Positions 1 to 10,529 of a stretch of DNA of 64,000 nt are shown here, one piece after another (position 1 is the first letter of the stretch; every line of letters starts with the position of its first letter). The notes under the pieces were generated by a model. The model had not been told where the DNA came from. It saw only the letters and a program-made list of their open reading frames with translations, and made no database searches. This stretch comes from a virus (taxonomy: Duplodnaviria > Caudoviricetes), in the IMG/VR virus record IMGVR_UViG_3300020048_003360, positions 144,023 through 208,022 of that record. The stretch is one strand, 5' to 3'. The translations under genes and the position numbers were made by a program.

Positions 1-1
1 T

Positions 2-2950
2 AGTGCCCTAAATACGGTAGGTAAAGATAAAACTCTATCTGACGTAGGAACTATGTTACCAATAGAGAAACAAAAATATCTAGATCTTATAAAGTTCTCA
101 GATGGTCCGTATAATGAAAAGACATCACCATTCCCTAATGACAAGGAATTAGTAGCTACAGGAACTGAAGTTAGGACATATATCGATATCGCATCTAAAG
201 AAATTAAAGATCAATTAAGTGGTAAAAGACCTAATCAAACTAAATTAGGTACCACAATCCTAGCTGGCGCTACAGAAGGATTTAAAAAGGCTGGTGTTTT
301 AGGCGCCTTAGCTGGTGGTTCTATGGCATTAACCAATGTAGTTGCTAACAGTTTAATTGGGGATGCCAAGGCTAAGGCTTTAGATCCTAAAAAGATCGCT
401 GGTGACGCACTTAAGTTAGCTACTGGTGAATCTAGCTCTGATATTAATATTTCTGTAAATGGTATTCCTGGTAATTTAAATGCTTTCAATAAAGGTAAGC
501 TAGACGCATTAACTACAATTAGGTATAAAACATATGGTTTAGTAGAGATGGAATTGAGTAAGGTAAAGGCACTAGATGCTTTAGAAACACTCATTAGTAA
601 GAGAGTCGTTTATAAAGGTGATATTGCCCATTGGGAAAGTTCAATTGAGAATGTTATAAATACCATAGGTAGTACATTTGGTGTTAATAACTATACTAGT
701 AAAGAAGCAATTAAGTTTACCTCTTGGTTTAATTTACGTTTCTTACCTGTGTATTTAAACTTTCTTACTACTTTAACTAAACTTACTGGTAGTAAAGTAA
801 AAACAACCACACTAACTACACTCAAACCAGAATCACTATTAGATTTAGCTATATCTATCTACACAACCAGTACTAAAAATGAAGGTAATACCATTAGTGT
901 TTGGAGACTACCCGATAGTCCATGGGATGGATACGTACTGAATGATGAAGTAAAATCAACTGAAGGTAACGTACAGTCCATTAGAGATGGTATTAAAGAG
1001 TCTGTTTTAGCTGAAGAAAATGCTAAAGATAAAGCAGGTCCAGTAAAGAATCCATTCTTAGATAAGGTTAAAGACACCGCATCAAATGTTTTTGATAAAG
1101 CAACTACTGGACTTAGTAACTTTGCTAGTAATATTGGTTTAGGTGCTGTCAGTAAAGGTATTGATAGTGTTTCTTACGATATTGGACAGGCTCTTTTTGG
1201 AGGTAAGGAAGTTACACATGCTGGGAATGGTACTGGTGGCGATATTAACAGCATTCCATTACCTAAAGGAGATGGTTCATGGGATGCTGTAAAAGACACC
1301 ATCGTAGCTGCTTCTAGAATGGTTGGTGTCGATGAAAAAGTAATGGCCACTATGGCCGCAGTTGAATCTGGTTTCCGTACAAGAGTTAAGGCCGAAACTA
1401 GTAGTGCTACAGGTCTTTATCAGTTTATTAAAGATACCTGGAAAAGTATGATTCTGAAGTATGGGAAGAAGTATGGTATACACCCAAGGACAGAGCCCAC
1501 TGATCCTAGAGCAAATGCCCTAATGGGTGCTGAGTATATTAAAGAAAATATTCAGGCGATTAAAGGTACCTTAAAAAGACCATTAACCGATACTGATGTT
1601 TACTTAGCACACTTCTTAGGTGCTGGTGGGGCCAAAACATTCTTTAGAGCAGATACAAATGAAATTGCCGCTAGAGTAATGCCCAAAGCAGCAGCTGCTA
1701 ATAGTAGTATTTTTTATCATGCCAATAGAACACCTAGGACTATAGGAGAAACATATAGTGAAATAAATCGTAGATTTAGATCAAAGGCTAAGAAGTTTGA
1801 AACAGCTGAAATGGGAATGAGTAGTTCAGTACCCACCAATACTAAAGGTGCTACAGCTCCTATTGCTGGTGCTACGCCTAAGGTAGATAAGACGCAACCT
1901 ACTATAGCTAAAGCACCTGAAGCTACAACTACTAGGAAGGGTAGAGGATCTACTACAGTAGATACTAATAAACCAGTTTTAACTACAGTACCTACAATAG
2001 CTAAAGCGGCTAATGATCCTATGGGATCTAAAGTACCTATATTAGCTGCAGTACCTACAGTAGCTAAAGTTGATTCTAAACCTACAGTAGCTAAAGTTGA
2101 TTCTAAACCCACACTAGCTAAAGTTGTTAATGAACCAATGACAACTAAGGTACCTACAGCGCCATTAGGAGGTACTAAATCTAAAGTAGATATCATTCAG
2201 CCAACTCTAGCAGAAGTACCGCCTATAGCTACTCCTAAGGCCCCTAGTGATGTTCCTACTAAAGTAGTACTTAGTGACGAAGATGCAACAGCTAAAGTTA
2301 TTGCAGAAAAAGCATTTGATAACTTAGCCGCCGGAATGCATGCTGATAAAGTTGCTAAGTATGTAGCAAAACACGGTAAGCAACCGTCATGGGCTAATAG
2401 AGACACATCTAGTGGAGTCTCTCTAACTACTGCTAAGTTAGATAATACTTCAGTTAAACTTAACACGACACCAGTTAAGCTTAAAGATGGTGGTCTAGTA
2501 GAAGATAGGAAGTTATTTGAGATTAGTGACCAGACGCCTGGTTTAGTGGCTGCTAGATCTACTACTAAACCAAAAATAAAGGTAGTTAAGAGTAGTGAGA
2601 AAACTGAAAATGACGTTAGTGGTATAGCAAATGGTGGATTTATGTCTCCTAGAGCTAGAGATGCAATTGCTCAAAAAGACTATCAAAAGTCTGCTACTGC
2701 TGAAACACTAAAGAAAGTTAGTAAGACTCTAGATTCTTCACTAAGTGTTAATGAAGATCAATTAGAAGTTTTAAATAAAATACTAGCTACAATTACTAAA
2801 GGTATTGTTAACAAGGCTAAAGCAGACTCCCAATCTACTAGCAAGATTACCAATAGTAATCCACAACCTACTGGCACTAATCACTCTATGAATAGAGGAG
2901 CAAGTAGAGCTCCAGAAGCTCCTGTATCTATGAGTAAAAGAACTGCTTAA
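2..2950 (+). CDS. Virion tail-associated lysin / tape-measure-like protein with SLT lytic transglycosylase domain (phiKZ gp181-like), 5'-truncated by window edge
   Basis: Frame is open from position 2 (SALNTVGKDKTLSDVGT-M53). SLT motif ATMAAVESGF...SSATGLYQFIKDTW...ANALMGAEY...YLAHFLGAGGA, followed by a P/T/K/A-rich linker. The gp181 assignment is from recalled synteny. Confidence 0.8.
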   Translation, partial: SALNTVGKDKTLSDVGTMLPIEKQKYLDLIKFSDGPYNEKTSPFPNDKELVATGTEVRTYIDIASKEIKDQLSGKRPNQTKLGTTILAGATEGFKKAGVLGALAGGSMALTNVVANSLIGDAKAKALDPKKIAGDALKLATGESSSDINISVNGIPGNLNAFNKGKLDALTTIRYKTYGLVEMELSKVKALDALETLISKRVVYKGDIAHWESSIENVINTIGSTFGVNNYTSKEAIKFTSWFNLRFLPVYLNFLTTLTKLTGSKVKTTTLTTLKPESLLDLAISIYTTSTKNEGNTISVWRLPDSPWDGYVLNDEVKSTEGNVQSIRDGIKESVLAEENAKDKAGPVKNPFLDKVKDTASNVFDKATTGLSNFASNIGLGAVSKGIDSVSYDIGQALFGGKEVTHAGNGTGGDINSIPLPKGDGSWDAVKDTIVAASRMVGVDEKVMATMAAVESGFRTRVKAETSSATGLYQFIKDTWKSMILKYGKKYGIHPRTEPTDPRANALMGAEYIKENIQAIKGTLKRPLTDTDVYLAHFLGAGGAKTFFRADTNEIAARVMPKAAAANSSIFYHANRTPRTIGETYSEINRRFRSKAKKFETAEMGMSSSVPTNTKGATAPIAGATPKVDKTQPTIAKAPEATTTRKGRGSTTVDTNKPVLTTVPTIAKAANDPMGSKVPILAAVPTVAKVDSKPTVAKVDSKPTLAKVVNEPMTTKVPTAPLGGTKSKVDIIQPTLAEVPPIATPKAPSDVPTKVVLSDEDATAKVIAEKAFDNLAAGMHADKVAKYVAKHGKQPSWANRDTSSGVSLTTAKLDNTSVKLNTTPVKLKDGGLVEDRKLFEISDQTPGLVAARSTTKPKIKVVKSSEKTENDVSGIANGGFMSPRARDAIAQKDYQKSATAETLKKVSKTLDSSLSVNEDQLEVLNKILATITKGIVNKAKADSQSTSKITNSNPQPTGTNHSMNRGASRAPEAPVSMSKRTA
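2054..2126 (+). repeat. 27-nt tandem coding repeat (PTVAKVDSK x2 plus partial third copy)
   Basis: cctacagtagctaaagttgattctaaa at 2054-2080 and 2081-2107; degenerate third copy to 2126. Confidence 0.9.
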
Positions 2951-2978
2951 TTAATCTATGGTGTAGTGAAGAAATTAA

Positions 2979-3014
2979 TAGGTGTGTCTATTGTATATGG
3001 ACACACCTACTTTT
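2979..3014 (+). terminator. Intrinsic terminator-like hairpin
   Basis: taggtgtgtcta / tggacacaccta stem followed by ctttt, just after the lysin stop codon. Confidence 0.55.
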
Positions 3015-3025
3015 AAGGAATTACA

Positions 3026-5182
3026 ATGGCAGTTGCTTATGTTTTAAAAGATGCGGATTGGGTACGGCAAGCTTTTTTAGTAGCTAGTCGTCATCTAACT
3101 GATGATAACGCTAGACAAAGAACATTTAGTACAGTTAGTTATAAGTATACAGATACTACACCTGGTGGTAATTTGGCAATTAACCCACCTCCACAATTTA
3201 CACGTACTGCTGATATTCCAGTAAAAGGTGTATTTGCTGGTAGTAGTTCTGGTATGGGTAATATAACTGATGGTGGTAGTATGGGTAGGTACTATAGTGA
3301 AGCTATTGATGATAATGCCCAACTCATCTATATACGACTTGGAGTACCTCGCTTTAATTCATTAACTACTTTTTTTACTGGCTTCTATGATAGTGGCGCT
3401 AGTCAGTTAGCACGTACTGGTAGAGTGGGTGGTGCTTTTTATAGACTAGGGCAAGCAATTGGGTTTGTAATCAGTATAATTCATTGGAAAATAATAGCAA
3501 TACATCTTACTGGATTAGCTTATAGATTTGCTACTGGTAGTCCATCTAGTAAGTTTTATTATCTAAAACCTACTATGCCGGTATACTGGACAGCTGTTAC
3601 TACTATAGTAAATCAATTATCAGTAAATAGAGGTATAGTACCAAGACTAGGTGGTAAAGATCAAGAACGATTTGCTGGTGGATATGAGTTTGATGATAAC
3701 GGCTTAAAACAACTTCATAATTTATTACCAGATATTTTCTCACGTGGTGGTGGTATAGATGTATACGCACTAGCTAATAGGGCTCAACGTTTAGCTAGAA
3801 AAAGATATAAGGAAATGAAAACGCAACTAGATATGGTAGAGAGATTAAACCTAGCTGAAGCTGCTAGGGAGATAATGACAAAACCATTAGCTGATGATAC
3901 AAAAACATCATATAACGATTATATAGAGAAGTGGTTAAAGAACGATCAATCTAAACCCACTGCTGATCCACCGAGTCCAGCTGTCAATAGCAGTACCGGT
4001 ACATTAGCTGAAGGTCAGGCTGCTGCTGCTGGTAATACCAATGCCGGTGAGATTAGAAATCCAGCTACTGGATATGCTGTAGAGAGTATTCCAGATACGG
4101 ATCCAGATAGTAAAACTGGTTTTTGGGAATTCTTTACAGCTGAGTTAGACGACGGCTCAGCGTTTGCTACGTTTAGAGTAAACTCTACTGGATCCGTTAG
4201 TGAAAGTTTTAGTAATAGTGTAACAGAGTCGGAATTAGCACAGCAGATTAATAATGCATCTAGTAGTGCTCGTAGTACTACGTTTGATTTTGCTGGCGGC
4301 AATATAGTAGGTGGTGTTATAGGTGATGTACTTGGTGGTGTATTTGGCGCTGTAAAGAACGTTATTGCCGGTGCAGCTGATGGTTTAGGTATTAGTGGTT
4401 TAGCGGCATTAGCTGGTACTGCATTCGTAGATATACCTAAACACTGGCAGAGTTCATCTGCATCGTTACCTAGATCTACATACACTATTAATTTAGTGAG
4501 TCCATATGGTAACCCAATATCTCAAATGTTAAATTTAGATATACCGCTAGCTATGTTACTGGCTGCCGCGCTACCATTAGCAACTGGTAAACAGTCCTAT
4601 ACTAGTCCATTTATTTTAGAACTCTATGATAGAGGTCGATGCCAGACTCGTTTGGGTATGATTGATTCATTATCAATTACTAGAGGTACTAGTAATTTAG
4701 GTTTTAATAATGACGGACATGCATTGGCTATTGATGTGAGTTTTTCAATAGTGGATATGTCATCAGTGTTAACTATGCCAATTAGACAGAACTTTAATGG
4801 TATATTTAATAAAGCCGCAGTAGGTGTAGCTACAGTAGCTGGTGCGGCTGGGTTACAAGTGAGTTCAGATTCATTTGGACCTAGTGATGGTAAAATCGCT
4901 CTAGCATTGGCTGGTGCATTTGGTGCTGCAATAGGCACTGGTATGTTTGATGATGATACTGTTTTTACTGACTATATGAACGTTTTAGCTGGTATGAATT
5001 TACAGGATCAGATTTATACATGGCGTAAATTTAAACTCAATGCAACAAGAGCTATGAAGACCTGGGAGAGTTTTAATAGTCCCGCTAACTGGGCTGGTAT
5101 GTTAGGTGATATACCTCCAGCTAGACTATGGTCTGGATTACATAAAGGAATTGGTACTGGCACAATTAGTGGTAATAACTAA
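3026..5182 (+). CDS. Virion structural (tail/baseplate) protein, phiKZ gp182-like
   Basis: 718-aa ORF with AAGGA RBS, directly after the gp181-like gene; conserved-looking blocks such as YSEAIDDN and SPYGNPISQ...LGMIDSLSITRG. Assignment by recalled synteny. Confidence 0.6.
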   Translation: MAVAYVLKDADWVRQAFLVASRHLTDDNARQRTFSTVSYKYTDTTPGGNLAINPPPQFTRTADIPVKGVFAGSSSGMGNITDGGSMGRYYSEAIDDNAQLIYIRLGVPRFNSLTTFFTGFYDSGASQLARTGRVGGAFYRLGQAIGFVISIIHWKIIAIHLTGLAYRFATGSPSSKFYYLKPTMPVYWTAVTTIVNQLSVNRGIVPRLGGKDQERFAGGYEFDDNGLKQLHNLLPDIFSRGGGIDVYALANRAQRLARKRYKEMKTQLDMVERLNLAEAAREIMTKPLADDTKTSYNDYIEKWLKNDQSKPTADPPSPAVNSSTGTLAEGQAAAAGNTNAGEIRNPATGYAVESIPDTDPDSKTGFWEFFTAELDDGSAFATFRVNSTGSVSESFSNSVTESELAQQINNASSSARSTTFDFAGGNIVGGVIGDVLGGVFGAVKNVIAGAADGLGISGLAALAGTAFVDIPKHWQSSSASLPRSTYTINLVSPYGNPISQMLNLDIPLAMLLAAALPLATGKQSYTSPFILELYDRGRCQTRLGMIDSLSITRGTSNLGFNNDGHALAIDVSFSIVDMSSVLTMPIRQNFNGIFNKAAVGVATVAGAAGLQVSSDSFGPSDGKIALALAGAFGAAIGTGMFDDDTVFTDYMNVLAGMNLQDQIYTWRKFKLNATRAMKTWESFNSPANWAGMLGDIPPARLWSGLHKGIGTGTISGNN

Positions 5183-5240
5183 AACAGCATATATCCCATA
5201 CATATTCTCAATTAGGGAATATGTATGGGTATATGCTGTT
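5183..5240. terminator. Long bidirectional hairpin between convergent genes
   Basis: aacagcatatatcccatacatattc ... gaatatgtatgggtatatgctgtt inverted repeat. Confidence 0.8.
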
Positions 5241-7002
5241 AATCATAGTCATAGTGGTGCGTTATTAGTGAGCCGTCGCTAAGTATTCTTTTTTCTACTG
5301 TTTGTGTAGAAATAATTACTCCATTATTATAATACGGAGAATCGTAGTGCTTATAGGTTTGGTCACTAGTACGTACCCAATCTCTAGTCATGTCTGGCTT
5401 AATGTTAGAGTAAGTATCTGTATGTGTTGTTACCTTTGCGGTATCGTACTCTAATTTTGCCTGCACAAATGCATCCGTTGGAGTCACTACTGTAGTTGTT
5501 TTAGGAACACTAACCAATGATCCATTATGAACTATAATATTTTCCTTAGCATTATTAGTTGTTTTGGCCTGTCCTTTAAATAACGATACTGGATCGCTAA
5601 GTGTTTTATTAAGTCCACTTAATCTATCACCAACTTCTAGTATTGTTTTAGGAAAATTACTAAAAATAGATTTTTCTACAGTAACTGGTTCTGAAAAAGA
5701 TTTTGCAAATAAAAGATCTTGATTAGGTACACTATCTGTAGACAATGCTACAATACTATTGGTAAAGACACTACTAGTTGGCGCTGGAGTTAATATACTA
5801 TCTAAACTAATACCTTCACCAACTACATTAGTAAAATCACTACTAGCACCAATTGCATTAGATAAATCACCCACTTTACCATTACCAACCGTATCTGTAG
5901 ATAACCAATTACTATCTATGGTATTAAACCCACTCATCATATCTACATATGAGTCCTTACCTGTCATAGTTACGCCAGGTGCTGACTTACTAAAGTTTTT
6001 AGCAAAATCTTTAATTATAGTAGGTCCAGATTTCTTTAATAATCCTTTAGCGGTTGATAATGCCATTGCTTTTAATGATTTTAAATCACTAAATTTACTA
6101 ATAGATTTAGCTAAATCTTTAGCTACTTTACTAACAGTAAAGATGTCATTTAATCCACATATTAGCGAACTAAATATTCCACCCATACCTAAACCAGCGG
6201 CTATTTTACCTACATTCGACAATGCAGCTGCTTTTGTCTTTCTATCATCAGTACCAAATGGTGTTGTAGTACAACCATTACTTTTAGCTAATGAGTTTAT
6301 AATGTCGCCCATTGCTAAACTACAATTTAGATCTTTATTTTTTATTCTATATCTACCACCACCATTTGTTCCGTATTTACGTGAATTTAATAAATCTCTA
6401 TTAATACCACGTATTAATGAATTACCAGCACCATCACAATTTTTAGATACTCTATTTATACTGGGAAATAATGTAGGAAATGTTTTATCCAACATAGCTG
6501 TTGGATTAGATAAATCCTTTACTTTTATTTTTTTACTAGCATTGATTAATTTGTCAGTTAAACTACTTTCACTAGCCTTACTACCCTTTAATGCAGCAAC
6601 TGGTTTACTTACGTCAGTAGCCAATATATTATTAATTGTTTTACCAGTATCTGCAAGACTATATATATCAGCCGCAGCAAATGTATCATTAGGTCCAGAA
6701 CTAAATGTAGGTATAGCTAAACTAGAAGACGCCTTACTTAATTCAGCTACTGAACTAGCTAAAGATATATTCATTCCATCAGTAAGTGATATAGGCGGAG
6801 TAACGCTTAAGTTAGCAGCCACAGCACTTGAGGCCGCGCTACCCGCTTTATTTAAATCTTTTGTTATTGTTAGTATATTGGATTCTTCAAAAGCGTCTGA
6901 AACAGCAGTAGTGGTAGCAGCATTATTTTTCGTAAGTGCTGTTTTTGCTTTTTTTGCTGACTTTAATAAAGATAAGCCCATTTCATATATACTATCGGCC
7001 AT
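5239..7002 (-). CDS. Hypothetical, probable virion structural protein
   Basis: 587-aa S/T/A/K-rich ORF with AAGGA RBS; no recognisable enzyme motif. Confidence 0.55.
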   Translation of the reverse strand: MADSIYEMGLSLLKSAKKAKTALTKNNAATTTAVSDAFEESNILTITKDLNKAGSAASSAVAANLSVTPPISLTDGMNISLASSVAELSKASSSLAIPTFSSGPNDTFAAADIYSLADTGKTINNILATDVSKPVAALKGSKASESSLTDKLINASKKIKVKDLSNPTAMLDKTFPTLFPSINRVSKNCDGAGNSLIRGINRDLLNSRKYGTNGGGRYRIKNKDLNCSLAMGDIINSLAKSNGCTTTPFGTDDRKTKAAALSNVGKIAAGLGMGGIFSSLICGLNDIFTVSKVAKDLAKSISKFSDLKSLKAMALSTAKGLLKKSGPTIIKDFAKNFSKSAPGVTMTGKDSYVDMMSGFNTIDSNWLSTDTVGNGKVGDLSNAIGASSDFTNVVGEGISLDSILTPAPTSSVFTNSIVALSTDSVPNQDLLFAKSFSEPVTVEKSIFSNFPKTILEVGDRLSGLNKTLSDPVSLFKGQAKTTNNAKENIIVHNGSLVSVPKTTTVVTPTDAFVQAKLEYDTAKVTTHTDTYSNIKPDMTRDWVRTSDQTYKHYDSPYYNNGVIISTQTVEKRILSDGSLITHHYDYD

Positions 7003-7017
7003 TTTAGTTCCTTAATA

Positions 7018-7050
7018 ACAAAAAAAATAAGGGAGAAACAACCTCCCTTA
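7018..7050 (-). terminator. Intrinsic terminator
   Basis: taagggag/ctccctta stem with an A-tract (U-tract on minus strand) after the NADAR-like gene. Confidence 0.7.
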
Positions 7051-7054
7051 CTTC

Positions 7055-7624
7055 TTATACTTTAAAAATTTCTTTATAATCCAGGTAATCTGGTCGTTCA
7101 CCTATTTTCATTAGGACACGATTTTCTTCAAATGACTCTACTAGCCATTTATAGTTATTTAACTTAACCACTACCTCACCTTGTCCTTCAGCATCACCAG
7201 TGGCCTGATGTAACCAATACTGATCAAAAGGTAATGTAGTTTCTATAAACAATTTTTGCAGTTTTGGATTCTGCTCAATCTTGTAGAAATTAGCAGCTGC
7301 TATTACATCATGAAATTTATCTACACGACACCATGTAAGTGATTTACCATAGTTTTTAGCGGCCATGCCAGATAGAGAACGTAATTTATCGTCACGTTCT
7401 ATATTCTGTATGAAATGCCAAAAACCTTCCATACTGTTAAATGATCCAAAGTATGGATGTTTAAATGGTAATTCGTAAAAATGAGATAACATCTGCCCTA
7501 ATTCAGTCTTACCACGTATCCAAATATTGATGTGTGTGACTCCATCTTGATTAGGATCTATATCACTAACTAATGTATGTCGCTCACGTGGACGATCTAT
7601 GGAATATTGAGTACCCGCTAACAT
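7055..7624 (-). CDS. NADAR (YbiA)-like protein
   Basis: LSHFY..PF.....G.F.S.EG.W, AK.YGK and KIEQNP.L resemble the NADAR pattern LSNFY..PF...G..Y.S.EH.(Y/F), AK..GR, KF.QNP.L. By-eye match. Confidence 0.55.
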   Translation of the reverse strand: MLAGTQYSIDRPRERHTLVSDIDPNQDGVTHINIWIRGKTELGQMLSHFYELPFKHPYFGSFNSMEGFWHFIQNIERDDKLRSLSGMAAKNYGKSLTWCRVDKFHDVIAAANFYKIEQNPKLQKLFIETTLPFDQYWLHQATGDAEGQGEVVVKLNNYKWLVESFEENRVLMKIGERPDYLDYKEIFKV

Positions 7625-7635
7625 TTTATTACTCC

Positions 7636-8094
7636 TTACTCATTATCTAGATATTCAATAGATTGAACTTCTTCTAATGATTCTGATTGATCTAGTTGTT
7701 TAGTAAATAGATGACCAGTATGTCGACCACCTAAGTTAATTTTTGCTTTATGTTCAGTAACTTTTGTATTTGCGTGGTATGCAGTTAGCGTAATCTCTAC
7801 TTTTAAAATATTAAGAAAGCGTAAGGCTTTCATAAATACTTTCCACGTCATTTGTGGTTTAGCTAACTCCTTCGTTAAGTTACTTCTATAGGAAATCTGA
7901 TCTTTCTTATTATTTGGTATGCCATTCAAAGGATTAGTTACATGATCTTGTAGTATAATCCCAAAACGTTCTGGACCTATACCTAAATCCAATAATATCT
8001 GTCTCCAGAGTCTAGAAAGAACTCCGTTTCCTCCGAATGTTTTTGTTACCTGCTTATCCGGTGAGTTTAATATTTCGTGCATACTCGATTGCAT
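7636..8094 (-). CDS. Conserved hypothetical protein
   Basis: 152-aa ORF, AAGGAG RBS, tightly packed in a minus-strand operon. Confidence 0.7.
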   Translation of the reverse strand: MQSSMHEILNSPDKQVTKTFGGNGVLSRLWRQILLDLGIGPERFGIILQDHVTNPLNGIPNNKKDQISYRSNLTKELAKPQMTWKVFMKALRFLNILKVEITLTAYHANTKVTEHKAKINLGGRHTGHLFTKQLDQSESLEEVQSIEYLDNE

Positions 8095-8135
8095 TTTGAT
8101 ACTCCTTATTTAAAAACTTAATTAACTACACATTT

Positions 8136-8681
8136 TTAGTGAACAATATCAATTTCATTCCCATGTATTGAAAAGAATTCCTTATAGATATAATCACTAA
8201 CCCACACAGTACTATCGTACTCACTATCTAATTTTTTCAAATACTCATGAAATTTAGATACTTCGGTAAAATCATCTGTCTTACTCGCTATAAAGTCAGA
8301 TAAGTCAGAAAATGCTAACCAGAGTTTGTTATTACGACGTACCTCTAACTGTACGTAATTATTTTCTTTTATAGATATCACTCTATAAAATAAATCATTA
8401 TTACCATCTATAGTAAATAGACTAGATCCTAATCTACTTAAAATTTCATCGGCATCTAATTCTATTTCAGTAGTTTTTATTTTGTTTTTAGCTAGTAATT
8501 TTAGAGTGAGATTCAGAGTATCCACACCCATATTTATATCTTTCAAGTCTATTAGTAATCTCATACCGCTCACACCTAAATCATAATAGTCCAATATAGC
8601 TCTTCTTAGTGCAGTGGGTCCAATTTTTAGTTTTTCCAAAACACTTAAATATAACGCATAATACATAGTGGTTTCTAACAT
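8136..8681 (-). CDS. Hypothetical protein
   Basis: 181-aa ORF with AAGGA RBS. Confidence 0.65.
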   Translation of the reverse strand: MLETTMYYALYLSVLEKLKIGPTALRRAILDYYDLGVSGMRLLIDLKDINMGVDTLNLTLKLLAKNKIKTTEIELDADEILSRLGSSLFTIDGNNDLFYRVISIKENNYVQLEVRRNNKLWLAFSDLSDFIASKTDDFTEVSKFHEYLKKLDSEYDSTVWVSDYIYKEFFSIHGNEIDIVH

Positions 8682-8695
8682 TTTAGTTCCTTTAT

Positions 8696-9232
8696 TTAGA
8701 TACTTACTTTGACTATTTCGTTTGATAAATTATAAAGATTAGTGATTAACTTCGTTAAAATCCTTTTGTTATGTTCCGCTAATCCAACTTCAGCACTATC
8801 ACAACCCTCTAGCAATTTACAGAGCCTTAATGTCTTTTCCCTATAATTAAACACAAGATACTCCACATCAGTATAAAAGCCATCGACAGTGAGAATTTGA
8901 TTTAGTGGCAGAATTTTATATTCCTCACCAACTAATTTAGCTGGTACTATCTCACCATTATGAATTACTTTAATTATGAAGTCTAACTTATTAACACATT
9001 CATTTAGATCCTTAAAATTAGTTAATATTTCCACTGGCATTACTGAACCAGAGCTAATATTACGAAACCATACTGGATATATTAATGTAGTTATTTCTTC
9101 ACACTGTTTTCTGTTAAATGCATATGGATCTAAACGAATTTTATTATATTTCCATAATTTATATCTTATTAATAATTTCTGAAATACCTTAATGAAAAAC
9201 ATTACATTTCCTTTTACAGGATTACTGGACAC
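8696..9232 (-). CDS. Hypothetical protein
   Basis: 178-aa ORF directly downstream of an early-promoter motif. Confidence 0.65.
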   Translation of the reverse strand: MSSNPVKGNVMFFIKVFQKLLIRYKLWKYNKIRLDPYAFNRKQCEEITTLIYPVWFRNISSGSVMPVEILTNFKDLNECVNKLDFIIKVIHNGEIVPAKLVGEEYKILPLNQILTVDGFYTDVEYLVFNYREKTLRLCKLLEGCDSAEVGLAEHNKRILTKLITNLYNLSNEIVKVSI

Positions 9233-9237
9233 TCATA

Positions 9238-9270
9238 TAGGTAATATATTGCCATAAATTCTTTGAATAG
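9238..9270 (-). promoter_or_regulatory. phiKZ-type early promoter (TATATTAC core, extended motif)
   Basis: Minus strand reads TATTCAAAGAATTTATGGCAATATATTACCTA. TATATTAC is the established phiKZ early consensus, and near-identical copies occur at 54277 and 61387. Confidence 0.7.
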
Positions 9271-9727
9271 CTTACTATATCATGTGATCTATATTATATC
9301 AATGGAGTTTAATATGTCCAATAGCGTCAATGATGATGGAGAAGAAATTCTCTCATACGTACATGAAAAAAGAACACAAGTAATAAGTCATTTAATGGCA
9401 AAGGGTGTACCTAACGATCTAGATACTGTAAAAGTACTTTTAACAGCACTAAAAGATATGGATGGCCAAACTCTCAGTAAGAAGAGAATTAAACTTGAAG
9501 AAAAAGTTAATGATAATCAAGCCCAAGCTGCAGCACTCATAGCTAAGATATTAGGAACAACTGGCAGGACAAACAATACTGATGATTTTATTGATGCCGA
9601 TGTCATCATCCCATCATTACCTGATTCCATTCCTTCACCAGTTTTAGTACCTGGTGAAATTGACTTGATACAAAAAACTTTAACGTATGAAGAATTTATT
9701 AATAAATTCATAAGTTCAGATGATTGA
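9263..9727 (+). CDS. Hypothetical protein (true start probably ATG 9314)
   Basis: 154-aa ORF; GGAG RBS precedes MSNSVND. Confidence 0.65.
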   Translation: MNSLLYHVIYIISMEFNMSNSVNDDGEEILSYVHEKRTQVISHLMAKGVPNDLDTVKVLLTALKDMDGQTLSKKRIKLEEKVNDNQAQAAALIAKILGTTGRTNNTDDFIDADVIIPSLPDSIPSPVLVPGEIDLIQKTLTYEEFINKFISSDD

Positions 9728-9729
9728 TT

Positions 9730-9774
9730 CTAACGCTACTAAATCCTGATTTATTTAGGATTTAGTAGCGTTAG
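9730..9774. terminator. Bidirectional hairpin between convergent genes
   Basis: ctaacgctactaaatcct / aggatttagtagcgttag perfect 18-bp stem. Confidence 0.8.
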
Positions 9775-10529
9775 AGTTTTTCATTTATTATGCTGTAAAA
9801 ACTTATATCAATTATCTCTAGTGTTATAATACCCATAGCTAATGTTTTTAATGCCTTCATTGGATGTACTGACTCCTTTATCATTTTTTCTAATTCATTA
9901 GGAGTTGGTTTCTTTACAAAGTATATTGCTGGTATAAATAATGTAATTTCTGGTATTTGAGTGACTAGGAATAATTCAGCATTAACCTCTAACCATTCTT
10001 CATAGTTGTACATTATCATAACTGTAAAATTATTCTTACAGTAAATTGGTGTTAATTCCCTAGGTGATATACTAACAAATTCAATTTTTACCGTATCTGG
10101 TAAATGAGTAAGTATAGCTGCTCCTACGGCAGTTCTTTCCTCACCATTTAATTCATAGGGATATAAATTAACAACAATATTTATTTTTTTCTGTACTGGT
10201 GTGGTCTCAGACTGTTCTTGTAACTTAAGCACCATAGTTCTTAACAACGACATCATATTGGTAAGAATTGAGTTAGCTAAGGTTTCTACATTTCTATTCT
10301 TATAAAGTTCTCGATATGTCTCCATATCAACACCACTAAACTCATCAATATCGCGCGTATGGTATTCACCATCTAATAAAAGCTTATTTACTACATTTGT
10401 ATCTATTCGTGCTATTGTACCTAGTCTGGTATCTAATAGTGAATCCATACTAACTAAAATTGTAGTTTTTTCATCAGACATTTTATTCTTTATTAAGTGG
10501 TGTTGATAAAGACATAGCGCGTTTATCAA
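9771..10529 (-). CDS. Conserved phiKZ-like hypothetical protein
   Basis: 252-aa ORF with N-terminal ILVSMDSLLDTRLGTI block recalled from phiKZ-like core genes; function unknown. Confidence 0.6.
   Translation of the reverse strand: MINALCLYQHHLIKNKMSDEKTTILVSMDSLLDTRLGTIARIDTNVVNKLLLDGEYHTRDIDEFSGVDMETYRELYKNRNVETLANSILTNMMSLLRTMVLKLQEQSETTPVQKKINIVVNLYPYELNGEERTAVGAAILTHLPDTVKIEFVSISPRELTPIYCKNNFTVMIMYNYEEWLEVNAELFLVTQIPEITLFIPAIYFVKKPTPNELEKMIKESVHPMKALKTLAMGIITLEIIDISFYSIINEKL

Noticed and set aside
5759-7015. 418-aa plus-strand ORF, and similar antisense ORFs (235-594, 1717-2196, 4015-4485, 35196-35735, 36693-37280, 48803-49216)
   Set aside because: They lie exactly antisense to longer genes with RBSs and recognisable motifs; best explained as codon-bias shadows.
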